A stretch of DNA of 64,000 nucleotides, taken from the NCBI GenBank assembly GCA_052426225.1, contig JBNJNM010000021.1, positions 2,418,001 through 2,482,000 of the forward strand, given 5' to 3'. The translations under genes and the position numbers were made by a program. Under the pieces are notes generated by a model that did not search any database, was not told where the DNA came from, and saw only the letters and a program-made list of their open reading frames with translations. Of this stretch, positions 1 through 13,535 are shown piece after piece. The DNA is from Zancudomyces culisetae HAW-14-8 (lineage: Eukaryota > Fungi > Kickxellomycota). Numbering within the stretch: position 1 is the stretch's first letter; every line of letters starts with the position of its first letter.

Positions 1-292
1 TGATTGTAGCTTTTCCAGAGTCATCAGCAGAAATATTTCCCAAGTCGCCAACATGTCTGGCAGAATCGTTGATATCACCGTGGACATGTCCAGTGGGATT
101 GTAGTGCGTTCCAGCTCCCATACATGCGTTGGATGTATCTCCAAATTCGTGTATATGAAATCCGTGAAGTCCTGGAGTTAATCCCTCCAAGCTACCTGTG
201 ATTTTTACAACAGAACCGGGTGCCTCTTGTTTGAAATAGATAGTCCCGAGGATTTTTGCAGCACCCACTACTATACACGAAGCGTTTACCAT
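1..292 (-). CDS. SOD1: Cu/Zn superoxide dismutase (5' part; runs off the window start)
   Basis: Hand translation from ATG 292: MVNASCIVVGAAKILGTIYFKQE...GLHGFHIHEFGDTSNACMGAGTHYNP...HG...RHVGDLGNI. Contains the Cu/Zn SOD metal-ligand motifs. Absent from the ORF track because it is truncated. Confidence 0.95.
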   Translation of the reverse strand, partial: MVNASCIVVGAAKILGTIYFKQEAPGSVVKITGSLEGLTPGLHGFHIHEFGDTSNACMGAGTHYNPTGHVHGDINDSARHVGDLGNISADDSGKATI

Positions 293-2608
293 TATTTTAT
301 TGATGACTGGTTGTAAAAGAGTATATATATTCACGCTTATAGCTTTGGCTCGTTTGTTTTTCGTAGTTTAAAAATTAGACTATTAATATAGCTTTTTTAA
401 TAAATTATATATGTGTTTTGAGACTTTCAGTTTTATTTAAAGGATGTCATATTTAAAGTCTAGGCAAATGTTATTTATGTGATTGTAGCTATATTGGATT
501 GTTTCATTTTTCTAAATATTTTTTTTTACAAAAAAAAATACACAATTAAATCCAGGCGGTGAAAGAGGAACGATACGAAAATAGCCCTAAACCAACAAAA
601 GTTGTAATAAAAGATATAATCACAGAGCCGCAATAATTATGTTTTGAAATTATTGTGTAATTATAAGCAAATCAATGGCGGGGAGGGGTGGGGGAAGGGG
701 AAGTAATAAGAGGATGGATTAATACATTATTAGACATGACTTTTGATTGTGAAAGAAAAGGATAAACAGAGAAAATGTGGTTGAAGAAAATGCAAAATGC
801 TCATTTACACAGAAATACTGCAACAAGACAATGGGACTATTTTGCCATTAATTTATTTCGGAGATTATTCTGAATCACCCCTTTTCTTAGCCGCTTATCT
901 GATATCAAAAATGGCATCCAAGAAACATTTTTCCATTACCAGGCATTTATTATTGCAAAAGTGGAGGTGTGTGAAAAGGCGAGCATGATGAAACCATTAT
1001 TGGGTAGGTGTGGTTTGGTTGGCACTAGTTAAAATAAAAAATAAAGCTGGAATGCCGTAAATTAAAAACCTATGCGCTATAGGAAGCATGTGTTTGCCAT
1101 TTGTGGATATAAACGAATTTGATGAGTAGACTGGACTGATCATGTGTTACTGTTTTATGTTGGAAAAGGAAATATAAATTTTTCTAGTATTCTCAAGCTA
1201 TGAACAGTTCAAGCTAACCATTAATTCACATATGCCTACAATGAACCAACCACCCCCCCTCTCCTCCCCTCTCTTCCACTTATTGATTCCCATGTTTTTG
1301 GAATACTAAGCTAAAATAAAACAGTACGAATATCTGAATCAATTTCAGCTAAAATATTGCTAGTTGCACTCGCAAGTAAGACCAGTGGGGTATTTTTTTA
1401 TTTTTATTTTTATTTTTATTTTCTCACTTGTACGAGACAGGAAAATTCATCTTAATGCGCTAGCAAGATCAACTGTCAATCTACTAAGTAGTAAATAAAA
1501 GAAAACCTGAAGACTTAAGTACCATCTACATAGCTGCCATTTCACACTAATTGCTATGCGATTTTTTGGGCAACCTTATTGAATGGAGGTGGGAAATGGA
1601 TCTCCCAAAATTTATAAATTTGATAAAAATGTGGCGCAAAATGATCGAAATTGGTTGGAAAGGTTATGTTTGTGTTTCTTTGAATATCGTACATCGGGTT
1701 TTTTAATAAAGTTATTGGTTTCTTATGACGCCTCAATTATTTTACGTACCTTGAAAAAAATATGATCAATGCTCAGTAAATAGTCTTTAGCTGATCAAAG
1801 GAGAGTAATAATGGTCAACTTTTACTGCTTTGAAGATGAACACGTAGAATCAAACTAAATTAAATCAATTAATATGATATGATATAGTGCAAAAAAAAGA
1901 GTACGAAATGTCATATTTGGTACAAAAAAAGCACAAGCAAATAAATCATGTCTAAATAAATCCCATTTGTATTAATTTGTAATTAGCGGGTAGAGCTTGG
2001 CAAATCCAGCAAACAAAAGGGTTAAAGTCCAGATAAGAGCGGGTGATTATAACGGGATGTTCATTTACACTGCTAAAATCAAAATGGGAGTATCTTGAAA
2101 CAGTGTTTACATGTAAATACTGATGCACTTGAATATCTTGGTTGTAAGCTACAAAAAGATTGTTTGTAAAAAATAATAATTTAAAGTCCTTCTATTGACT
2201 TGATTAAGCACCTTCCAAGCAATAGGGAAGGGAGAAGGAGAATAGAAAAGAGTTTTGAAGATATTAAAAGTACAAAAACGTGATAGATCCCGAGATTAAG
2301 CGAACTTGTAAAAGATGTTATTATACTTGATACTGATTATTCAATTTTTGAACTATTAATACAAAAATATTGATAAAAAGATGATATAATATAGTGGAAA
2401 CAATACTGATACTGAATACAAGTTTTAAATAATTTTAAATGTTAGCTAACTTTTTTTTTGTATAGTAATATATTGTTAATATTGTTAATATATTTATATT
2501 TTTTTTAAAAAAAGAGAAAACAGATGGCAAAGTAAACCGGTTTGTTAATACATTATACTATAATATTGATACTAACCGTTAATATAACACAAGTAATTCT
2601 TGGTGACT

Positions 2609-3919
2609 ATGAAGTTGTCGGCAATTTGGAACGCGATGGTAATATCATGCATTTCACAAAACACACTGTACACATTTGGGGAGAAATATCTATTGGTTTT
2701 TGGTGATGAATTATCAGATATAGGTAATATAAAGGAATTCAAGCAAAAAAAGGCTGATTACTTTTATCACAGGCATACTAATGGACCAGTTTGGAACGAG
2801 TACCTAGCACACTACGGAAATTATACACTGATAAACCTGGCGTATAGTAGAAGCCTGTTTGAAAAAAATGAATATATAGATAAGAACAAAAACATAGTAG
2901 GAATAACAAAATCGATAGAGTATTTCGATAAAGCAGTTGGGGTAAAGTTGAAAAGTATGAATGGTAGAAAGACTGACATTGTAGTTGCAATCCAGTTGCC
3001 ATACAGAGAGCTAATTCGAGAAGCAAGGTTGTTAGCTAAAGATTTTTCTAGGTCTGACGAGGCAATAAAGCGTGTGGTTGACAGGTCATTAAATGTTGTG
3101 AACATGATTACAAAACACGAGTATCGAAACATTGTTATATTGAACTATGGAAACATACAACTTGCACCACGATATTGCAAAACACGACAAAAGAATGGTA
3201 TGGATGGTACGGATAGTATGGATAGTATGGATAGTATGGATAGTATGGATGGTATGGATAGTATGGATGATGAAAATCATTCTAACGATAACAATCTTGC
3301 ACAGAGTTTGAATTACCTTGCAAACAGTATCAATGCCTCGCTCAAGTCAACGCTCAGAAAACGGCTGAGAGAATCAAAAATCAACGCAAATTATGTTCGG
3401 ATACTTGATCTACACAAAATAACCTCCGTAAACGACCACGATACATTAAAAAAAATGGGGATAGATGTAGGAGATACAAGGGTGTGGAACCAACCGTGTT
3501 ACCAAAGCGTTCCAGGATCCGACTACCCTATTAAATGTGACAATCCAGATAATCATATATACTTGGATGATGTCAACTATACAACCAGGTATCACGGGCT
3601 GATAGGAGCAATGGTTAATGAGCTAATAAACAAGGGTGAAAGGAATGCGAATATCAAACAAGCCCTATTGAAGGCCATAAAACACTACAAGATTAGCGAG
3701 ATAACACAAAGAAGCAATGCATTGTATACCGAATATTCCAAGTATACTGGAAAACTAAGGATAAAGGAATTTGGAAATAACACACTGAGTTCTATTTTTG
3801 AAACTAAATTGGAAAAGGCAGAACACCTAATGGTGCCGAAAGGAAGGCATCGCCAATGGAATAGAAAACACAATTTTTCAGTGGTGGAAATGGAGAGGGA
3901 GAGGGAGAGGGGTAGGTAG
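2609..3919 (+). CDS. Secreted GDSL/SGNH lipase-like protein, probably catalytically degenerate
   Basis: Hydrophobic N-terminus, block I LLVFGDELSDIGN, R(H)TNGPVWNEYLA, NLAYS and C-terminal C..PDNHIYLDDVNYT match the fungal GDSL (CE16-like) layout. First ATG is at 2609. Confidence 0.75.
   Translation: MKLSAIWNAMVISCISQNTLYTFGEKYLLVFGDELSDIGNIKEFKQKKADYFYHRHTNGPVWNEYLAHYGNYTLINLAYSRSLFEKNEYIDKNKNIVGITKSIEYFDKAVGVKLKSMNGRKTDIVVAIQLPYRELIREARLLAKDFSRSDEAIKRVVDRSLNVVNMITKHEYRNIVILNYGNIQLAPRYCKTRQKNGMDGTDSMDSMDSMDSMDGMDSMDDENHSNDNNLAQSLNYLANSINASLKSTLRKRLRESKINANYVRILDLHKITSVNDHDTLKKMGIDVGDTRVWNQPCYQSVPGSDYPIKCDNPDNHIYLDDVNYTTRYHGLIGAMVNELINKGERNANIKQALLKAIKHYKISEITQRSNALYTEYSKYTGKLRIKEFGNNTLSSIFETKLEKAEHLMVPKGRHRQWNRKHNFSVVEMERERERGR
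3196..3270 (+). repeat. 9-bp coding tandem repeat (ATGGATAGT/ATGGATGGT)n encoding MDS/MDG
   Basis: Directly visible, about 8 units. Confidence 0.9.
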
Positions 3920-4157
3920 TAAGAAAGGTGTGATGACTTTTATCAGAAAAATATCCATATAGTGTGGCAATAATAGCTCACCTTTTATTTAATTTAATTT
4001 AATTTAATTTTTCAGATTTGGTTTGTAATCGTATTTCACATGTAATAAAAGCAAAAGAAAATGGAATACAAAGAAAGACAATAAAAAAAGAGTTAGTAAT
4101 AATAGACAGTAAAAAAAAAAAAGAAAAAAAATACCAGGTTAGATCCAGATGGTATTA

Positions 4158-5888
<1,731 letters not shown>

Positions 5889-6519
5889 CTCCAAATAAAT
5901 AAATTTAAAAACGCGTTGTCGTGCTTGATAACCAAACTATTATAAAAGACAATAGTTTGAATTTGTTGAACAAACTAGTAACTTTATATTTAAATTGTAC
6001 TAGTTTTATATTATTTTTTTAGTTTATTTTATTTTATTTTATTTTACAGAATCCAGATATATATTTATATTCGCAATAAAAAAATTTAGTCTTTAATTCT
6101 TCCAATTAACGATCAAGGACTTCATTTGCATTATAAAAAATAAAAGATTAAAAAATTTTTTATCACTTGCTGTTCATGTTGTATTTAAAGTAAAATAAAT
6201 AATTATTAATTAATATTTATGCGAATAAAAAGATGAAATAAAAAAATGCTTGAAAATGCTTTTTAATAATTCCTAAAAAAACCTCACGGATCATCAATAT
6301 GGGTTTCAATTGATGACAAAAAAAAAGCAGTAAATAAAAAAAAAGAATGTCTCTGAATATTTGTAATGATATAAAAACTCAAGTAGTGAATGAGATATAA
6401 AAGACATTGGATTAATTATTATATTCTATACAAAAAATTCGAAAAAAAACAAAAACAAGAACAGAAATACCGATTCCTATTCTTCTGTAAAAGAAAAGGA
6501 ATAAAGAAAACTATATGAT

Positions 6520-9500
6520 TTACCAAAAAGTTTCTAAATCGTAAAGTATAGATTTGGTAACATATAAAACCAATTCATATTCATAATCATAATCATAATG
6601 ATAATCAAACTCCGCCGTTGGACCAGCATTATTAGTTTGGAAAAAATAGTTTCTGGTAACAAGAAATGAGACCAAATCGTATAGATACATGGATGAGTTT
6701 GGTGCTTTAAATATTTTGTGAGGTTCTTGTTGAGCTGAAAGATCACCCGCTTCCATCAACAGACAGTTGGTGATTATTTTAACAATGAGTGGGTAGAGCG
6801 TAGATAAATGAGGTTTTATAAAGATATCTGGGTGGGATGATATCAGATCAAGTAAAGGAAGCTCGGTATCATTGTCGATAATTATGGGAGAAGCTGTAGG
6901 AGTAGTGCTATGAGATTGGTATGACGATGAACAAGAAGGCTCAGAGAAAAGAGTGGGAGAAGAAGAGAAGGAAGAAGAGAAGGAAGAGGAGAAAGTAGAA
7001 GAGGAACGATGAGTATTGTCAGCAAATAATGTATGGTCAGATACTAAAAGTGTGGAAGCGTGGGTGTGATAAGTTCGCTTAAAGAAATCAAGTAAAGAGT
7101 ATACATGGTGGTTGACAAGAGACACAGACCACCAATTGTTTGTATTTGTAGAAATAGTAAAGATGGTATTTGAGGATTTGGAATGAGAATCACGAGACAA
7201 AAAACCATTATTATTATTATTATTGTTGTTGTTGTTGTTGTTGTTGTTTGATTTGGGTAAGGTTGAAATAAATGGACTCGAATAGTATTTTGGAGTAAAA
7301 ATACAATTTAGATTAAATTGGTTTGGAAATTCACACGTGGAGGATTTTGAAGAAGAAGAAGAAGAATGGCGGTTTAAAGAAAAGGAAGAGATGATATCCA
7401 AACCACATTTAATATTGGAAGTTGATAGTAACGCAGAGTAAGGTGAGTCCTTTGTGCAAAGAGAGGTGGTTGGAATAGTTGATAAATAAAGAGATATATC
7501 GGTACGTAGTCGCGAAACGACATGAATATACGCTGTGGTTAGGAGTTGGTTGTTGGTAGTGGAATGGAAAAGAAGGGAGGAAGGAGTTGCAGGGGTTTTG
7601 AGGAATGCAAGACAATTTTCAAGAATAGGAATGTTATTGTTGTTGATGTTAAAAGAGGAATCAATAGTATTGACAGATGGGAGAGAGTATAGATTGAAAA
7701 TACCCGATTTATGAATGGAAGCAACAAGCGAATGGTTTAAAAACATACAGTTTAAGGTAAGACTTCCGGAATTAGCAGAATTCAGCCACACAAGTTGGTC
7801 GTTGTTGGGTTGGGATTCTGGAGTATCAGTGTTAAGAGGCGTAAACAAAAAAGTCAACAAGCCCAGAGTATGAGAACAAGCAGAAATTAACCAACTAGGT
7901 TGAAATTCAAATTCAGATTCAGATTCAGCTTCATCATTGGTATTATTGGTATTATTGGGTTTGTTGGTAAATTGAATGCTTTTGATATTGGAAATATCCC
8001 AACCACAGTTATAAGTAGCACATTCGACCCATTTCTTATTTAATAGCAGTTTACAAATAATCAGATTGCAGCCAGACCCAATTGCCAGATAGCGACTATC
8101 ACCATCATAACTCGGATATTCAACAGGACTATTATCGTCAAAGCTATCGATAGTATTTTCCAGATCAGTACAACTAGTGTTGTGTTCTAGAGGGTGGATA
8201 CAAGTAACGGGAGAATTAAACTTTTTCTCCCATACGTATTTGAGATGGTTATTTTTGATTTTATAAAAAACCAAATTCCCAAGAATCTTGCCATTACTAT
8301 TGTTACTAGTATTAGCATTGATATTAGTATTAGCATTAGCACTAGTATTAGTATTATTATTGCTGTAAAATAATGGTTGACTAGTACCAAGAATCACAAA
8401 TCCATTATATACATGATAATGCCCAATAACTCTTTTGCTGTTCAATCCCATACCCTTGTTTTTCTTTCTAAAAAACCAAGTTGGAATTCGCCATTGGGTT
8501 ATACAGTTTATCTGCTGGTTACGCGCCAACTCTACACAACTTATCACCTTGATACATGTCGAACATTGTTCCAACAAAAAAACATTGTTGCTGTCTGTTG
8601 AAACACCGACTATCAGTTCTGGTGTAAGTGATGTTAGAATCGATAGTGTCGTTTGGGTTTGTAGATTTTTGATCGAGGTAAAACGTGAATTTGTATTTTT
8701 CATCAGTTCATTTTCCTTATTATCATTATCATTATAATTATCATTACCATGATTGTTGTTGTTATTGTTGTTGTTGTGGGTATGATGATTGTCACAACCA
8801 ATACTGGAATATATTATTGGTTGCGACTCCATATAAATACTCACAGTGTAAATTTTATTCATATCACTATAAAGTATAACGTTTTTAATAGGCTGCTCGA
8901 ATCCATAATTGCATTGTTGTCTAGCTGTATCTGTATCTACATATGTATCTACATATGTATCATCATTTGTATTAGCTGTAAATATATATTCAATTTGATC
9001 TTGTTTGTTTTCAAAATGAGGAATAACAAGCCTTTCAAACTCCAACTTGGAGTTAAATCCTTTTGCTAATGAACATTTGTATCCAGTACTACCCGAAAAT
9101 ACCAACAATGATGAGGAAACAGATTGATTGTCTATAGTTGCTGTTGTCATTCCCATCATATAAATCGGACTGTTTGTACCAAAATCTATACAATTGGTTG
9201 AAAATCTAAATGGTAATAAAATTAGCTGTGGTGGTGAAACGTCCGATGGTTGTGGTTTTGACTGATCAAGGTTGTAGTTGATGTAGATTTTAAAAGTAAA
9301 TAGTATCCCAATCCTTGTACCAACCACCAATACAATTATATTTTCTTTTTGATGTTGTGGATTTTCTAGTATTGCCAAGCTATTTACTATTGGATATACC
9401 AGGTTTTGCTCGAAAAAACTTTTCCGTTTACATTGAAAATCAAAATCAAAATCAAAACCAAAACCAAAACCAACGTCACAGTTACATTCACATTGTGTTA

Positions 9501-12500
9501 CTCGAGTCACAATACTCTTTTGTTCACCATTGATTGGTATTATTACGTGGTATATCTCCACCACTCCCTTGAAATACCCAACCACAAACCACTTTTCAAT
9601 CCATTTCTTGTTATTCTGCAAAGATTGGCCAAGCACAAACGACTCTATTTTTGTCACCGAATCATTGTGATCAATTGGCATTTCCCAGTCTACAGAAATT
9701 TGTGTAAAAGTATTGCTTTGTCTCTGGAGACTCAAAAGTACCAGTTTGTGTTGTTCTATTTTGTTTGTTGGCAAACATGATGAGAGACTCATTACAATTT
9801 TGTCTGCACCTTTCAACACACCCGCATTTGTAATCTTGTAGTGTTGGTTCGCATCAAAGATTTCATTCACATGACACTTGTAAAGTCTTTTCAATTCAAA
9901 CTTATTATTACTATTCCTACAAGAACAAGTATCAGCACATGCTCCATTCTTTTCTTTTGTTGAATGAGTACAGATTTCAGAGTCATACATATTTCTGCAT
10001 GTTAATAGGATCAAATGGATTTCGAATTCGTATACTACCAGTACCAGTAATCCATGATCACCATCATCACCAAAACCACTTCTTATAGCAGTGTTAATGG
10101 TAGATTGGTTTTGTATTTCACCAATATAAACCAATTTCTTTCCACTTTCAGACTCGAAAAATTCATTTACTTGGTCAATATTACAATTAATTCCCCCATC
10201 CTGCCCCACCAAAGTAGCATGTGAGAACCTTGTTGATGTCGATTCTATCAACATAATCAAACTGCTTTTTTTTTCATTTCCAATTCCAATTCCAATTCCA
10301 AGATTCAAACTAAAAACGTTTGTCACTGAATGATGTTGACTTTGACTTTTATCTCGATTGATAAATCTGCTAGATATGCATTTTTTCACCTGGACTCCAC
10401 AACCAATGACCAAGTGATTAATCGAAACCAACGAATCTAAATTTACATTTGTTCCAAAATCATATGATCTCGCTGCACAAAAATCATCAATTTTGTTGTT
10501 CGTACTAGAATATACCACTTTTTTACCCGGAACTAGACTCAATACATTCCTCATTCCCTCTTTTGCCACAGTTTCCCCTCCTGGAAATTGAGCTCCAAAA
10601 TATTTAGCAACATGTTTACTTGAAATATCATTCACAGTATCATACTGTTGAACATTCCAATCGTACAATTCAGCATTGTAAAGGCTTTGATCTATCAAGT
10701 ACACTCTGTTTCTTTTATTTTCATGCAATATATCAAAATGATCCAATATCCAACTATCCATTATATCCACTAAATACTGGCTTTGATCCATATACATATA
10801 CATATCTGCATCTGCATCTGCATCTGCCTCTAAATCTGCCTCTACATCTGGATCTGGATCTGCATCTACATTCATCATCTTCATTTCTTCTTCCGCTCTA
10901 GTTTCAGCTAGCGATAAAAGTCGCCATTGATACTGCCGTTGCCACGAATCATAATACACAGCTCTTGCAGTCTTGGGTGATACAACCGTATCCTGTTTTG
11001 CTCTATTTTCCCTTTCTTTGCTGCTTTTGCGCTTGTTTTTTTCTCCTGAAAACATCACTGAAACCAGCACATTGTCACATCCTTGCCCGCCAAGATATAC
11101 TAGCTCTGTCATTGTCTTTATCTTGGCCCTCTTCACACCATTAAATCCACACACTACTTTTTTCATTTCCATCCTGCTTGCCACATTGTTATCACCACAA
11201 CCAGTAAAACCAAATATGCTTTCCACCGCATGTTCTTCCTTGATAATCCTATCTACCACTGATATTACCAATGACCCTGTTTTCATTACATTCCACTCGC
11301 CTATCCTTTCGCGATTTGCACCTGTTTGCTGCTCATTGATATTGTTGTTCCTATGCTTATGCTTATGCTTATTTCTATCGGCATTGTTATTTGGTCTGAT
11401 TATCTGCATTTCAATCCTGGGCTCTTCAGTCACTTGAACTAATACCAAATATCCATTGCTTGTAGTCATGTATATATTTTCCACCTCTTTATTTTTTGTC
11501 ATCCTCTCACATTCCCCAATGCCTAGACTCCCGCTACTTGATAATTCCCATCCAACCACTTCTCCCAATGTAACCACTGATTCGTCTTCATACTGTAAAT
11601 AAACAACTTCCTTTTCTTTGCTATTACATGGATTTTGTGGATTTTTTTCCTCTATATTTTCTTTGGTATTCTCTATGTCTATTTTCATACTCGTTGTACA
11701 ATTCGAATCTGTTCCGCCTGCTTTTGTTTTTTTTAAATCTGTTTGCACTATCGCATTTTCCCACCATCGCTTCCCTCTACCTCTACCTCTACCCCTACCC
11801 CTACCCCTACCTCCATCTCTTTCCCTTTCTCTACCTCCTCCTCTCGCTCCCCCTCCTCCTACACCTTCTCTACTCTCACTACTAATAGATTCTATTGATG
11901 TCTCATTTATCCCAGACGAAAGTGTTGCCTCACCCTCTACAAAACCATATCCTGTACTTTTATCCCGCTGTCCACCAACTGCGTCGCTTTTGTCAACTTT
12001 TCTTTTCCACCCAAAAATCTTCCCACTAATTGGAACTGTATAAAAATTAACCTCCCCACACATCACCTGTAAGCCTTTTACAAACATCAGCGTTTCGTTT
12101 TTGGTAACCACTAACGCCGAATTTGCCATACTTTTTAGTGGTATCATCATTTTCGGTATCTGGTGTTTTGATAACGGCAACCGTCCCCGCACATCCGCCT
12201 CCCATACGACTTGCCCACTACTACTTGCTTCTTTTAACACCTCTAGTAATTGCAAATTCGCATCTCTTACCCCCTCAAACCCCAATGTCTCCATATCATT
12301 TTCTAATTCCATAAACGCACCCTCATCTTTTACTACAGATACCAGCAACGAGATTCCTATCTTCTTCAACGTCTTACTGGTTCGTTCTTTACCCAAAAAG
12401 CATATATCTGTAATCGTCCCTCCAAAATCTTCAAACACCAATTCCTTCACCACTACTTGCCTTATATCCTCCCTATTTACATCTAATATCAAAAGCTCCA

Positions 12501-13263
12501 GCTTCTCAGACATAATCGCTACTATACGTTCCTCCTGCTGCACCACTATTTTTTTTCTTTTGAAATTGTCGTTGCCTATCAGCTTCGTATTAAGCTGTCT
12601 CACCTCCCACTTGATCCCGCTTCTTCCATTGTCAATCGCCTTCAATAGTGCCAACCCTCCTTCTCCTCCCATACACAAAATTGTATCGCCTTCTTCCTCC
12701 AACTCCCTTGCTTTAATTATTTCTATATCTACTATCGCCGTGTTAGACTTTTTTTCCGCTACTTTCTTTAATCGGCCATCATGCATAACCCGATACAGCT
12801 CGATCTTGTATTTTTTCAATAATATCATTTCTGGTCCGTCAAAGCCCGAAAATCGCCCAGACAAGCTTTTTATTGTCTGTGAATTTTCAATTCTCTTATG
12901 TGCATATATATACCCACCTTCCGTCCCCAAATCGCAACCACCGTTCATCCTTTCGACATATTTTGTAAATTCGTTGTTTTCAATCTCCTTTTGCCTTATC
13001 AGTTCGGTATTCCATCTTTTATCATAACTACTGGTATTAAGCATCGAATTTACATCTTCAACCGTCGTCGAATTGTACTTGTATCGATATTTACCCTGTT
13101 TATCAATGTAATACAGCTGTTCATTTGTGCGTTCTGCCGCCCCTTCACTGTTCTCATCCCCAAATCCCGACCATTTCCTAGCCGTGACGCGATCTGTATC
13201 TACAATCGAGTTGTCACTACTATATATTTCATCCTCATACTCCCTATTTTCTATAAAATCCAT
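6520..13263 (-). CDS. DDB1/RSE1/CPSF1-family triple beta-propeller protein (Mms1-like), expanded by low-complexity insertions
   Basis: Single 2247-aa ORF. N-terminal SGRFSG...LLKKYKIELYRV..GRLKKV and C-terminal GNLVFYKI..LKYVWEKKFNSPVTCIHPL..YLAIGSG resemble MMS1_N and CPSF_A segments. Subfamily uncertain. Confidence 0.6.
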   Translation of the reverse strand: MDFIENREYEDEIYSSDNSIVDTDRVTARKWSGFGDENSEGAAERTNEQLYYIDKQGKYRYKYNSTTVEDVNSMLNTSSYDKRWNTELIRQKEIENNEFTKYVERMNGGCDLGTEGGYIYAHKRIENSQTIKSLSGRFSGFDGPEMILLKKYKIELYRVMHDGRLKKVAEKKSNTAIVDIEIIKARELEEEGDTILCMGGEGGLALLKAIDNGRSGIKWEVRQLNTKLIGNDNFKRKKIVVQQEERIVAIMSEKLELLILDVNREDIRQVVVKELVFEDFGGTITDICFLGKERTSKTLKKIGISLLVSVVKDEGAFMELENDMETLGFEGVRDANLQLLEVLKEASSSGQVVWEADVRGRLPLSKHQIPKMMIPLKSMANSALVVTKNETLMFVKGLQVMCGEVNFYTVPISGKIFGWKRKVDKSDAVGGQRDKSTGYGFVEGEATLSSGINETSIESISSESREGVGGGGARGGGRERERDGGRGRGRGRGRGRGKRWWENAIVQTDLKKTKAGGTDSNCTTSMKIDIENTKENIEEKNPQNPCNSKEKEVVYLQYEDESVVTLGEVVGWELSSSGSLGIGECERMTKNKEVENIYMTTSNGYLVLVQVTEEPRIEMQIIRPNNNADRNKHKHKHRNNNINEQQTGANRERIGEWNVMKTGSLVISVVDRIIKEEHAVESIFGFTGCGDNNVASRMEMKKVVCGFNGVKRAKIKTMTELVYLGGQGCDNVLVSVMFSGEKNKRKSSKERENRAKQDTVVSPKTARAVYYDSWQRQYQWRLLSLAETRAEEEMKMMNVDADPDPDVEADLEADADADADMYMYMDQSQYLVDIMDSWILDHFDILHENKRNRVYLIDQSLYNAELYDWNVQQYDTVNDISSKHVAKYFGAQFPGGETVAKEGMRNVLSLVPGKKVVYSSTNNKIDDFCAARSYDFGTNVNLDSLVSINHLVIGCGVQVKKCISSRFINRDKSQSQHHSVTNVFSLNLGIGIGIGNEKKSSLIMLIESTSTRFSHATLVGQDGGINCNIDQVNEFFESESGKKLVYIGEIQNQSTINTAIRSGFGDDGDHGLLVLVVYEFEIHLILLTCRNMYDSEICTHSTKEKNGACADTCSCRNSNNKFELKRLYKCHVNEIFDANQHYKITNAGVLKGADKIVMSLSSCLPTNKIEQHKLVLLSLQRQSNTFTQISVDWEMPIDHNDSVTKIESFVLGQSLQNNKKWIEKWFVVGYFKGVVEIYHVIIPINGEQKSIVTRVTQCECNCDVGFGFGFDFDFDFQCKRKSFFEQNLVYPIVNSLAILENPQHQKENIIVLVVGTRIGILFTFKIYINYNLDQSKPQPSDVSPPQLILLPFRFSTNCIDFGTNSPIYMMGMTTATIDNQSVSSSLLVFSGSTGYKCSLAKGFNSKLEFERLVIPHFENKQDQIEYIFTANTNDDTYVDTYVDTDTARQQCNYGFEQPIKNVILYSDMNKIYTVSIYMESQPIIYSSIGCDNHHTHNNNNNNNNHGNDNYNDNDNKENELMKNTNSRFTSIKNLQTQTTLSILTSLTPELIVGVSTDSNNVFLLEQCSTCIKVISCVELARNQQINCITQWRIPTWFFRKKNKGMGLNSKRVIGHYHVYNGFVILGTSQPLFYSNNNTNTSANANTNINANTSNNSNGKILGNLVFYKIKNNHLKYVWEKKFNSPVTCIHPLEHNTSCTDLENTIDSFDDNSPVEYPSYDGDSRYLAIGSGCNLIICKLLLNKKWVECATYNCGWDISNIKSIQFTNKPNNTNNTNDEAESESEFEFQPSWLISACSHTLGLLTFLFTPLNTDTPESQPNNDQLVWLNSANSGSLTLNCMFLNHSLVASIHKSGIFNLYSLPSVNTIDSSFNINNNNIPILENCLAFLKTPATPSSLLFHSTTNNQLLTTAYIHVVSRLRTDISLYLSTIPTTSLCTKDSPYSALLSTSNIKCGLDIISSFSLNRHSSSSSSKSSTCEFPNQFNLNCIFTPKYYSSPFISTLPKSNNNNNNNNNNNNNNGFLSRDSHSKSSNTIFTISTNTNNWWSVSLVNHHVYSLLDFFKRTYHTHASTLLVSDHTLFADNTHRSSSTFSSSFSSSFSSSPTLFSEPSCSSSYQSHSTTPTASPIIIDNDTELPLLDLISSHPDIFIKPHLSTLYPLIVKIITNCLLMEAGDLSAQQEPHKIFKAPNSSMYLYDLVSFLVTRNYFFQTNNAGPTAEFDYHYDYDYEYELVLYVTKSILYDLETFW

Positions 13264-13535
13264 ACTTTTTTTTTACCTACTTTATATTTTTTCTAGATTC
13301 AATTTATGTTTTGTTGAATTGTCCATTCTGGAGAATATACTGAAGCTATTTTTTTTAAACGTTTTTTTCTGGATATAAAAAATGAAAATAAACCATAAAT
13401 CGATTTCTAAGCTCAAACTTTATCCCGCTTTTTTTGTATTTTGATAGGAAAGTGTAGAGTGGAAAAAGTTTGCTAAACCTGAAACACATACAGTCACCAA
13501 GTCTTCTTGACAAACTTAACTATGAGTGGAGGGAA

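Noticed and set aside
12101-13027. 308-aa plus-strand ORF and other antisense ORFs over the propeller, HECT, RPS12 and TEF1 genes
   Set aside because: Shadow ORFs from the codon bias of the real genes on the opposite strand.
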